The notes under the pieces are model-generated. The model saw only the letters and a list, made by a program, of their open reading frames with translations, was not told the origin of the DNA and ran no database searches. A program made the position numbers and the translations under genes. A stretch of 64,000 nucleotides of DNA, from NCBI GenBank assembly GCA_964019335.1, contig OZ025654.1:434001-498000 (forward strand), given 5' to 3'. This document shows positions 1-9,693 of the stretch, piece after piece (the stretch's first letter is position 1; each line of letters begins with the position of its first letter). The stretch comes from Diplonema japonicum (lineage: Eukaryota > Protista > Euglenozoa: Diplonemea).

Positions 1-423
1 ATATGACAGCATGGCGCCGTAAGCAAACAGCGCCATTGATATGGACACCACGTAGTAGCCTGTCTTGCCAAGGAGAGAGTGGCACAGGATTTCATAGTCG
101 TTTATTTTCATTTTGTCGCCGAGGTCGATGATTAATCGGACGGAATACGCTGTCAGGACACCCGTGGCGAGGAGGACGATGAAGGAGAAGAATGCGCCGC
201 CCTCCTCCATTGCGAAGGGGAGGCCGATGATGCCAGCGCCTACGATGGAGTTTACAAAGTTCGCAACGCCACTCCACATCGAGTGCGTCCCCCGAATGCC
301 ATGCACTTCTCTTACGTCGCCCGCTGCTGCATCGACTGTCTGGTCCCCCACCACCTCGATATCTACCTCTTCCATTTCAACCTCTTCATGGTCATTCTCC
401 CTCGCTGCCAAGTCTTCTTCCAT
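1..423 (-). CDS. Amino acid transporter (Aa_trans / SLC38-like), 5' part only; runs off the window edge
   Basis: Manual translation from ATG at 423: MEEDLAARE...SMWSGVANFVNSIVGAGIIGLPFAMEEGG...TAYSVRL...YEILCHSLLGKTGYYVV. NSIVGAGIIGLPFA is the TM1 signature of the AAAP/SLC38 family; the frame is open to position 1. Confidence 0.85.
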   Translation of the reverse strand, partial: MEEDLAARENDHEEVEMEEVDIEVVGDQTVDAAAGDVREVHGIRGTHSMWSGVANFVNSIVGAGIIGLPFAMEEGGAFFSFIVLLATGVLTAYSVRLIIDLGDKMKINDYEILCHSLLGKTGYYVVSISMALFAYGAMLSY

Positions 424-580
424 CGTTTACAGTATAGCGTGGAAAATAGACTGTATGGTTATTCTTTTCTTCTTCCAAAATAAAAAACACACAAAAAAAA
501 CAAAAATAACGACAAGGAGAGGAGGGAAAAAGACAAAGCAGTATACACCTATACATTTATGATACATGAGGCCAGGTGGG

Positions 581-1420
581 CTACCCATAAGTCATCGGGG
601 TCCTTCCGTTTGAGTAGATGTTTACCTGTGTTCTATTCTTCATTGGGGGGTGCCCAGAGGTGGGTTGGTAGGCAGTTGGCGGTCCTTTTTTCGGGATGGG
701 TGGTGGGGCGGTCGTGTTTCCAAGAGGGACAGATTCAGAAAAGCCAGTGTAGGGAGCCGCTTGCTTCGAATTGGTCATCTTCATGAGGAGTTGTGTTTGT
801 TCCAGCCTGTGCTGCAGTTCGTTGTTTCGTGTTTGAAGGTCGACCAATTCATTGGACTTCGCCTCACGTTCTTTTCGGAGCTCCTCTCTGAGCTGCGCGA
901 TTTCAGTGGTAGCGTCTTGCCGCACACGTCGCAGCATCTCTTCTCCCTGCACCTTCGAGAAGTTGCTTTCATGCATCACAGTTGACGGTCGCACGTACAC
1001 CTTCTGCGCAATGGGGCGATTCTCAATCATCTCAAATGAAGGTATCTCATTGACAGGGTCTTCAGGCCGGTAGACTGAGGCAATAAGGCGGACAAGATCG
1101 AAAGCATTGATGGCGGAGAAAAGCAGGTCGTACTGGTTAGGCGCTCCCTTCACAGCCCGCACATCGTCTTCATACAGAACCATTGTCTGGATATGTGAAA
1201 TGGCAATGCACCGCTCCATAGATGTTTGAAGGTCGGCAGCATAGCTCGCCCTGTCAAGAAGAAGTACCAGCCGCTTTGACTGCCGACCGTCCCTCCCAGG
1301 ACGCCCTGACACTTGGAAGAAGTGCAGCGTGCATGCACCGCTGGAGCTGCTCGCAGACGTAAGGTACTCTACAGGCAGGCCGACTCTATTCGTCTGTGTT
1401 GAGTACTGAGACACTGACAT
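581..1420 (-). CDS. Hypothetical protein with a possible PH-like N-terminal domain, a coiled coil and a Pro-rich tail
   Basis: 279-aa ORF. RLVLLLDR...MERCIAISHIQ...YDLLF resembles euglenozoan PH-like domains; EIAQLREELRKERE...LEQTQ is heptad-rich. Confidence 0.6.
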   Translation of the reverse strand: MSVSQYSTQTNRVGLPVEYLTSASSSSGACTLHFFQVSGRPGRDGRQSKRLVLLLDRASYAADLQTSMERCIAISHIQTMVLYEDDVRAVKGAPNQYDLLFSAINAFDLVRLIASVYRPEDPVNEIPSFEMIENRPIAQKVYVRPSTVMHESNFSKVQGEEMLRRVRQDATTEIAQLREELRKEREAKSNELVDLQTRNNELQHRLEQTQLLMKMTNSKQAAPYTGFSESVPLGNTTAPPPIPKKGPPTAYQPTSGHPPMKNRTQVNIYSNGRTPMTYG

Positions 1421-1683
1421 TTGCCCACCCTTTTATTTTCCTTTTTGTTTTTTACCAGAATTTTTAAAGTGTGGGTATGCAAATGAGAAAGGGGAAATAG
1501 TGAATGGGGGAAAAAAAAAAAGAAATGAGGGAAGAAAAAAGGGGGCTGGAAGAAGAGGGGACTCAAAAAATCATCCCCTTCAGAAACACAGCCCATCTAT
1601 TAATACCCCCCCCCCCCCCCCCCCTCCCTTTCTGGGAAAGCCCTTGTTCATCCTCAACAAAAGAAAAAGAACAATAGGAAATT

Positions 1684-3801
1684 TCACCATTCCCTGAACT
1701 CCATCCATTTATTCAAAATGATCTCAAGCAACATAAAGATGCCCTTCGCAACGAGATACAAGACAACAGGCCAGACAAGGTCCCAGAACGTAGGTAGGAT
1801 GGCGAATGTGTTGGAGAGAGGCTGGAGTTCCTGCATTGCATTTTTCTTTCCCCCCCCTCCCCCACACACCTTCCCACTCGACGACACAGGGTGGTTAGGT
1901 AGCAGCTTGGCATGTGTTTCGAAATACTCCCTCAGGACAGGGTCCTCCTTAGCACGCTGCGTCTTGGAAAGTTGTCTTTTATCAAATTGTGTAAAAGGCG
2001 TCACGAACGAATTCCAACCAAGACAGGTGACGAACAGCGAATCAACGACAGTACACGTCAGCCAAGCAGGACAGTCATCATCCTGCAAATACCCAACACA
2101 CTTCGACGCCAAATCAGTAAGAAAGGCATCAACATGTGCCTGGGTAGAAGCATGCAACGGGTTGGTCACAGGGAACACCGAGGCAGGGACGTCCAAAGCC
2201 TTCGATATGAAAACAGACGACCCGCCGCACTGTGCAAGGGACTCCGACGTGAATCTCTGCAACGACTTGAGAAGATCCTTTTTGGGAATCGTGAGAAATC
2301 CAAGCCCGACCATTCTGGGAAGCAAATGACCGGCATTGAGGGGATGGATGTCAACAGAGGGCGTTGACGCTGCGTGGCAAAAGGTCACAGAGGTGTGCGG
2401 CACACCAGAGGACGTCAACACGTCAGACGCAAAAGAGGACGTGCTGAGCCATTCCCATGAGGAGGACGTATCGTTTGCGAGCTTGTCGATGAATTGGGTT
2501 TTTGCCTCGTTGGCTTCTTCTTTGGTGTTACAAGCGACAGCGACAAGTCCATAGCCAGAACTAGATGGTGTGCCATCGGAGGCCATGTCGCCTGTCTTGG
2601 CGAGACGCGGGAGGAGGAGCTCTTGAGCATTGTGGTCCATCATGTTAACCATTTCATCGATTACGCGGATGCGTTCGTTCGGCGACTCCCCGCATAGCAT
2701 GCAGAAGACACCCTTCTTCATGGCCACCATCAGCGCAACCGCCACCTCCTCCACGCTTCCTACCACCGCGAGCGACGGTTTTCTTTCCCCGTCGCCGCGG
2801 CCTTTTTCCTCGGATTTCCCTTTCGTCAATTGTATAACCTCCCGCATCGCTAATTTGTGTTTGATCAGCATTTTTGAACGGTCGGTGACCTGTAATGTAG
2901 ACCCGCATACACCGGCGTGTGCTTCCCCACGTTGTGCCCCGTAAAAGTTCCCCACCAACATGGCGTCCACAGCAAGAAGCCCGCCGGGGAAATCGGGGTA
3001 TAATAACTCAGCTTTTGCCCTGTGAGAATACTTCAGATACAGCTTTCCGGGGACTGTGGCTTGCAACCACTGTTCATTCCGTGTGAGGTCTCTGCGTAGC
3101 GTGACAGAGGCGGAGGCTGCGAGCACGTTCCAAAGCAGCACATCGAGCTCCGAAGACACCTCCAGAAGGTAGTCAACCAGGTTGATTTCATATGCGTACG
3201 TGGCTGATAGAATCCTGCTGCGGAGCACAATGTCCAAAGCTTTCTGAAGACCGATCAGCTTCGGCAGTTTGGTCATTGCAGTGTGCGAAGGCAGGACACC
3301 TGTCTTGAGATCAGGTAGGCCGAGCGATGTCCCTGCCACTGCTACTCTAATCTTCGTTGACAAGGCTAGCTCTAAACTCGCTCCTAAGCAGCTTCCGTGG
3401 ATTACGGAAATTGTCGGTTGTTCCCAAGTTAGAATTCTCGAAAAGATTCTTCGGATGTTCTCATGGTTCTTCTTCCCTGTCTCGATGGTGGTCTCTTTAT
3501 AGATGTCCTCTAAGTCGGACCCCACCCCGAACCCTGAGTGTTTTGATGAAGTGATTACCAGCAAGGCAGAGCGAAGCTCTTTGGCCTTGTTCAGTGTGAC
3601 GTCCATGTCTCTGGCCCACGTCGAGTCGATGTGGTTGACTTCCCTCCCTTTCCGATCCATGACTATCCAAGCCACTTTACCCTGCGCGCCACCAGGTAGA
3701 TCCCCACCTTTTTTATCCTTCATCGTGACTGTGTACAAACGGGTTGATGTTGTCACATGGACTAGGTTCTTCTCCGTACATGCATGCAAGATGGTAGCCA
3801 T
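1684..3801 (-). CDS. Divergent trifunctional-enzyme alpha / FadJ-like protein: crotonase domain, eroded dehydrogenase region, C-terminal TM anchor
   Basis: Crotonase motifs LLVITSSKHSGFGVGSDL, IHGSCLGASLELALS, LGLPDLKTGVLP, LPKLIGLQKALDIVL; hydrophobic C-terminus WPVVLYLVAKGIFMLLEIIL. Confidence 0.75.
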   Translation of the reverse strand: MATILHACTEKNLVHVTTSTRLYTVTMKDKKGGDLPGGAQGKVAWIVMDRKGREVNHIDSTWARDMDVTLNKAKELRSALLVITSSKHSGFGVGSDLEDIYKETTIETGKKNHENIRRIFSRILTWEQPTISVIHGSCLGASLELALSTKIRVAVAGTSLGLPDLKTGVLPSHTAMTKLPKLIGLQKALDIVLRSRILSATYAYEINLVDYLLEVSSELDVLLWNVLAASASVTLRRDLTRNEQWLQATVPGKLYLKYSHRAKAELLYPDFPGGLLAVDAMLVGNFYGAQRGEAHAGVCGSTLQVTDRSKMLIKHKLAMREVIQLTKGKSEEKGRGDGERKPSLAVVGSVEEVAVALMVAMKKGVFCMLCGESPNERIRVIDEMVNMMDHNAQELLLPRLAKTGDMASDGTPSSSGYGLVAVACNTKEEANEAKTQFIDKLANDTSSSWEWLSTSSFASDVLTSSGVPHTSVTFCHAASTPSVDIHPLNAGHLLPRMVGLGFLTIPKKDLLKSLQRFTSESLAQCGGSSVFISKALDVPASVFPVTNPLHASTQAHVDAFLTDLASKCVGYLQDDDCPAWLTCTVVDSLFVTCLGWNSFVTPFTQFDKRQLSKTQRAKEDPVLREYFETHAKLLPNHPVSSSGKVCGGGGGKKNAMQELQPLSNTFAILPTFWDLVWPVVLYLVAKGIFMLLEIILNKWMEFREW

Positions 3802-4717
3802 TTCTTTTTTTTTTTCTTTCTCTCTGCGATGTTTCTTTTCTTCTTGAAGCGTTTAGATGTATTGGGGGGGGGATGTTTTTTTTTGACTATTTTTTTGATT
3901 GATCTTGTTGGGAGGGGTAAAAATTGTTTAGAAAAAAAGAGAAAAGAAGCTGGGAAAGAGGAAAAAAAAAAAAGAAAAGAAACAGAGGACATAAGGAAGT
4001 ATGGGCGTAGAGACCGGCCGTTGTTTATACGCGCCGAGATACACATTTCGAGAAAAGCTTGAAAACTGATCCGTAAGAACGCCTGCTAACGTTCCCTTTT
4101 GTTTAGTTAAGTTAAAAATAAATTACGCTTTCCTAAATGAATAGTTTAAAGCACTAGCAACTCACCAAATTTGGTATCACAGAAAAAAAGAAGAAAGAAA
4201 AAGGCGGGAAAGGAGTGAAGGCGATTAAGAAAACAATAAGAATTCTCCCCCTTGTGTTTCTTCTTTTGCTTGGTCCACGAAAAAGAAGAGCTGAGGGCTG
4301 ATGAAAAAACACAAAATTTGTTGTCCATTTGTGAACAGGTGACGTTGTGCCGCTCGCCACAAAGTACCTTATTCTTGTCTCTCCGGCACAGACCTTCTGA
4401 CACGACTCGCTTAAGGGGAGGTGTCGTTAAGCACCTAGACCCAGCTAACAGCCTTGCTGCCCCACTTTAGAAAAAAAGGAAAACTAAGCACGTGCTTTTC
4501 TTTTGTGTTTACCACATTCATTCAGTTAAAAGCAAAGACTGCAAAAAAACAAAACCGAGGGGCGGAGGGGAATAAATACAGAAAGGTATGGCAGTAGTGG
4601 GGAAGGAAAGGAAAGGGAAAGACAGGATTATAATTATTATTATTATTATTATTATTATTTTCTTTTGTTGCTGTTTTCCTTTAGAAAATCGAACGGCGTA
4701 AACGTATGAACAAAAAG

Positions 4718-4819
4718 AAACTAGTTTGGCGCTTCATTTTGTTTGTGCGCACGAGCGGAATTTTACCTAATAAAATAGCTCATCACGCTGCCATCTACTA
4801 GTTTTTAGTCTCGACAATA
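4718..4819. repeat. Dispersed repeat D (~100 bp, hairpin or MITE-like); copies or fragments at 4718, 17155, 20020, 29471 (inverted), 33715, 54659, 57384, 63820
   Basis: aaactagtttggcgcttcatttgtttgtgcgcacgagcgg...aataaaatagctcat...gctgccatc.actagtttttagtc..gacaata. Confidence 0.85.
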
Positions 4820-5867
4820 CAAAAAAAAAACAAAAAACAAAACACACAATGATGGGGGAGAGGGAACTGTTTTACATCCGCAAACCCGCAAACCCGGAGT
4901 TTGCGGGTTTGCATCCCACCAAGGGGAAAAGAATATGGTGTTCAATCCACAGTGACCAACAAAGGTAAAACAATATAAAAAAAAAAAAAAAAAAAACAAT
5001 TGCTTGTTTGTGCACAGCTGGGGGAGGGACCTTCGGACTTTCTAATTGAAAGCCACTATTTCCTCAAGGTAAAAGAATTTCCAAAGGCCCGCTCTGAGAA
5101 CATTCTGGGACCACGTGCAAACATGACACTCAACGCCACGAAGGGCATGGCAACAGTGGACAATAAGCTACGAGAGGGAGACCATCCAGGTCACAGTTAC
5201 CATTTAGCACAAAAGAAGCAATGCCTAGGGTTTTTTTTTCCTCGGCTTCATATGCTTAGAAATCCGAGGCCGCTATATTCTTTTCTTTTTAAAAAAAAAA
5301 AAAACCTTTTCATTCCTTTTTCTTTTTCTTCTAGCAAAAAACCAAAAGACGGTGAAGCCCACCCATATTATCCCCCCCCCCCCCCCCCTATCACAACGTA
5401 ATTAAAACGTACTAGCTGACCCAACAGCCTGCACTCGGAGTGTCACGGAACTCCTCCAAAAAAAAAAAAAAAAAAGAAAAAGAAAAAGAAAAAGAAAAAG
5501 AAAAGAGGAACTGGCTTTTGTTTGTACGTGCCTGGTAAAACCTGGAGAAGTTTGTAAACCCGAAACATATTAACGATTCCCCTTTTGTTTAGACAAGTCA
5601 AAGACTCGTTCTTGCAAATAAAAAAAAAAAGATAAAAAAAATCACTATAGGTAGTGTCGGACCACAGTGTTTCCGCCAGGTGACGGTGACAGACAACAAA
5701 TACATGTCTACCGGAAAAAAAAAAAAATGGCTCCGAAATCCACGCAAGGGATCTCCTTCCCCAGAGGAAGTGCCCAAGAGGTTGTAGCTTCAGGTTCTTT
5801 CTTTTTTTTTTCCCTTCTCTTTCTTTCTTCTTTTCATGAGATATTATAGTCCATAGGGGTAAGATTA

Positions 5868-5898
<31 letters not shown>

Positions 5899-6081
5899 AC
5901 GATCGAATTTGTTGAAAGGAAAAAAAAAAAAAAAAAAATGATAATAAAGGATTATGTTTGTTTGACAAAGCTGGTAGCAATGTGTCTCTCCGACATATAT
6001 GAAATGAAGAAGAAAAAAAAAAGAAAAAAAAACCAATATTCTTTCCCTCACCCCACATTTTCATTTTTCTTTTTTCCCCCC

Positions 6082-7923
6082 TCAGACCATCCCCAGCACA
6101 CGGACCTCAATTTTGTCTTTCATCATGTTCAACAAATCGCTCTCCGCGTCCGACAGCTCTTCGGGCCCGGTTTCCAGTGCCTTAAAAGCGTCCTCATTCT
6201 TACCGAGCAAATAGCTCCTCCCCGCTTCGTTATAACGGTCCCATTCCTTCCCCTGTAGCTGGTACATCCACTCCACATCATTAACAGAACTCTTCTGCCC
6301 GTGCAAAACCTCATAACATAGAACAAGTGTCTCTAAATGGGGAATAGATAGCTTAGTAAGTACAAGCCTCAAAGTATATACATGAGCAGTCTCCTTGTAG
6401 ACAGACGAGGTGCAGACAACTGCCATGTCATTGTGAGAACAGAACTTTTCGATGTAAGATGCGGTGACAACCGAGGGACCGATTGTGGCAAGGCATTTTA
6501 AGTCAGATGAACCAAGTGGTCCGCAGTATGCCCATCCAGACGAAATTCCTATGCACACAGCAATGTTCTTCTCAGCAAGGCTATCCTTAACCTCGAGTGA
6601 GGTCAGAAACGCATTATTCGTGTAATTAACACATTTCTTCGATGTGTTGAAAGACGCATACACATGATCACCGATAACAACATTAACAACCCCAGAGTGG
6701 CTTGAAAGCGACGAGGTGATTGCGGTGATGAAGCTGTCGAACTCATCTTGAAACCCTTGCAGGTTTTCAACAATACCGGAGTGGGAACGTCTTTTGTTGA
6801 AAACGACGAAACCCGCGTTTCGTTTCTCGATTGAGTTGAACAGGTTTGTGGGCTTCGCAGCGGAGTCCGATGACATCCTTGACATCCGCGACGAGCTGTC
6901 CTGCAGGATAACAGACGTCCCACCGTCATTATTCAAGTAAAACGTTCTCGAAGGTGTCGGGGAACCTCTGTGTCCTAACGACGCTGATTCCTCTTTTGAA
7001 AAAACCCCCGATGATTCTTTAACAGGAGCGTGTTGATTAACGTCGTTGACCAGACACGACTGTGGTAGATACGGTTTGTACAATGTCAGGTTCGCCAGTA
7101 TGCTGTTGAACCCCTCGCGGAGCTGAGGAGGCAGAGACGGGTTCTTCTTTAAGATCTCCTCCGCGGACCTCAAGTCAAATCTTGACAATGAGATCGCGAT
7201 ATCTTCTGAAGCAATGATGGCGGCTTCTATCTTCGCGTGTTCATCACGAAGCCCTGTTGCAAAACTGCTCGTTATGTGAAAATCCACAAGATACAACATG
7301 ATCTGAACCAACATCGTGATCAACATGAAATCGGCTTTCCTCTCACAGGGAAGGTTGTCGCAAGTATACCATTCCTGTCGAAACGACTGCGTGTCGAGAA
7401 AATAAGGAGAATCGTATAACCCAAACCTGACGATCCCTTCTGCAGTCGTCAGTACAAACCAGAAGCACATTACTCCGATAATGATGAAGGACACCTTGTT
7501 TCCAACACCGCAGACGAGGCCAATGTCCAGCAATACAATTGCCAGTGCCCATGGCCGTAGTGTATCCAGTGCAGCCGCACCCCAATCAGCAACAAGGAAC
7601 GCGAATAAGTACAAATAAAGCGTTATTTTTACGTAAGTATCCGGGGCTGTTTTTGTGCAGAGGATGTATAGCAGTCCCATAGCTCCTATTCCCATAGCCA
7701 TTGCAAAGCAGAGCCACCTTGCGGTCAATCTGTCGCCGTTTGCGATGAGAAGCGGGGTTCTGGCTACGGTGGCGAACCCGCAGATGAAGGCGGCTAGGTG
7801 CATTGCGACCATTACCTTTTTACGCACCGCTGTTTGAGCTGTGTCTGTTGGTACAACGACTCGCCGGAAGAACGGCCCTAATATGTAATCTACCAACTCG
7901 GATACTATGCCTGGGGATAGCAT
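6082..7923 (-). CDS. Multi-pass receptor-type class III nucleotidyl cyclase-like protein, probably inactive
   Basis: Likely start MLSPG at 7923; the upstream ORF extension is homopolymer noise. About 6 TM segments, then cyclase-like motifs VIGDHVYASF, IGISSGWAYCGPLG, TIGPSVVTASYIE. Confidence 0.75.
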   Translation of the reverse strand: MLSPGIVSELVDYILGPFFRRVVVPTDTAQTAVRKKVMVAMHLAAFICGFATVARTPLLIANGDRLTARWLCFAMAMGIGAMGLLYILCTKTAPDTYVKITLYLYLFAFLVADWGAAALDTLRPWALAIVLLDIGLVCGVGNKVSFIIIGVMCFWFVLTTAEGIVRFGLYDSPYFLDTQSFRQEWYTCDNLPCERKADFMLITMLVQIMLYLVDFHITSSFATGLRDEHAKIEAAIIASEDIAISLSRFDLRSAEEILKKNPSLPPQLREGFNSILANLTLYKPYLPQSCLVNDVNQHAPVKESSGVFSKEESASLGHRGSPTPSRTFYLNNDGGTSVILQDSSSRMSRMSSDSAAKPTNLFNSIEKRNAGFVVFNKRRSHSGIVENLQGFQDEFDSFITAITSSLSSHSGVVNVVIGDHVYASFNTSKKCVNYTNNAFLTSLEVKDSLAEKNIAVCIGISSGWAYCGPLGSSDLKCLATIGPSVVTASYIEKFCSHNDMAVVCTSSVYKETAHVYTLRLVLTKLSIPHLETLVLCYEVLHGQKSSVNDVEWMYQLQGKEWDRYNEAGRSYLLGKNEDAFKALETGPEELSDAESDLLNMMKDKIEVRVLGMV

Positions 7924-8608
7924 TCTCCCCCCCCCTACACCCCGTTTTTTTTTTTTTTTTTTTTTTTTCCTCCCGCTTTTTTTCTTTTTAAAATGATGTT
8001 TTTTGTTTTTTGTTTTTTTGATTGAAAAAAAAGTGGGGTGAGAGAGGGGTAAGAAATAAAAAAAATTTAAAAAAATAAAACCCCCCCCCCCGAGCAAACG
8101 AGGGGTTTTTTTTTTCTTTCTTTTTTTTCTTTTTTTTTTTTGTGATTTGAGTTTTTTTTTTTTTTCTTGTTGAAAGGAAAAAGGGGGCCGTGTGTTATCG
8201 TTGTGCCCGTAAATGTGTTAAATCTTTTTTTTTTTTTTCTTTTTTCTTTTTGAGTTTCTTCCGAGAGAGAGAGAAAGGTGTGGGGATGGAAAAAGGAATA
8301 AAAAAGAGGATTTCCTGATCTTTCAAATATCAGCATATAAAAAGGAAAAAAAAAAAAAAAAAAAAGTAAAATACTGTAAAACATTGTTTCACCAAGAGGT
8401 AGATCGCGGCTTTTCTATCTTTTTATAGACCCCCAGGTTCTTGTTTCTGTTCTGTGGTTTTCTCATGAACCCGAATAAATATGCGTAAAGCCTTCAGGAG
8501 CAGAGCGGCCTACGGAGGCACAATTTCCGTTCAGACTTCAACAGGTTTTTACAGTAAAATAAAAAAGAAAACGCGGCGTCATCATCGGTAAAAAGTACAA
8601 CTAACCCT

Positions 8609-8643
<35 letters not shown>

Positions 8644-9693
8644 TGGACATTTTTCTGCGGGCGATTTCATATTACGAAAAAAAAAAAAGAAAAAAAAAGA
8701 AATACTACCAGATGAAAATTTGGGGTGGGGGGGGGGGGAGGGGAAGTGTGTGGTGTAGGGTAGGAACAAAAAGGACTTTCTTTTAAAAAAAAAGGTCGAT
8801 ATTAGATACACCTAACTAATGCAACCCGTACTCTTTCTTAGCAATAAGAGTTTGTTGTCTAATATATTGCTATTCTTGTTCAGTTGAGCGCAGGAAGGGA
8901 GAAGAAAAACAAAATGGAACGAAACAGAAAACTACAAAGAAACAATGGGAAAAAGGGAAAAAGAAAAGAGAAAAAAAAAGTGTGTAAAAAAGAATTTTCA
9001 TCAAACACTAAACTCTCATTTCTTTTTTTTTTTCTCTTTTTCGTTTTTATTTTAATTCGCCCCCCCCCCCCCCCCCTACAAATGAATTGAATTTCTTTCA
9101 TTCCTTTTTTATTTCTTTCTTCTCTTCCCACTTCTTTTTCATATCACTCTTTATTTTTCGGAAAAAATAGATCCCCTAAACTGTAAAAACCTTTTTTTTT
9201 TATTTCAGGTCCCCAGCCCCCCTATCGGTTGTCCCTTTTTTTTAAAAAAAAAAAGAAGACGGGTGAGAGAACATGCATAGTCGGTATGGTACTCCTAAGC
9301 TCTTCAAATAAAAAAATATTTAAAAAAAAAAAAGGAAGAAGAATAACAACAAATCAGTAGAATAATGGGTGAGATATCTATTTTTACCCAAAAGAAAAAA
9401 AAAACCCCCCGAAGAAAAAAAAAATAAAGTTCTCATAAAACAGAAATATTTCAGTGCACCCACGCTGTCTATGAAAAAAGAAGAAGTTGAAACACCTCGT
9501 TGTAAGGAAGCAACAAACAAGAAAAATAGGGGGAAAAAAAAAAAAAGGTGGTAGTCTTGAACAAAACTACTCGTATCAGGCGAAAAAGAAAAAAAGAATC
9601 AACTTCCCCACAGAAAAGGGGGGAAGAACTTAAAACTATATAAGAAATAGAAGAAAAAAAAAGAAAAGAAAAAGAAACCCCACCCCCCACCCA

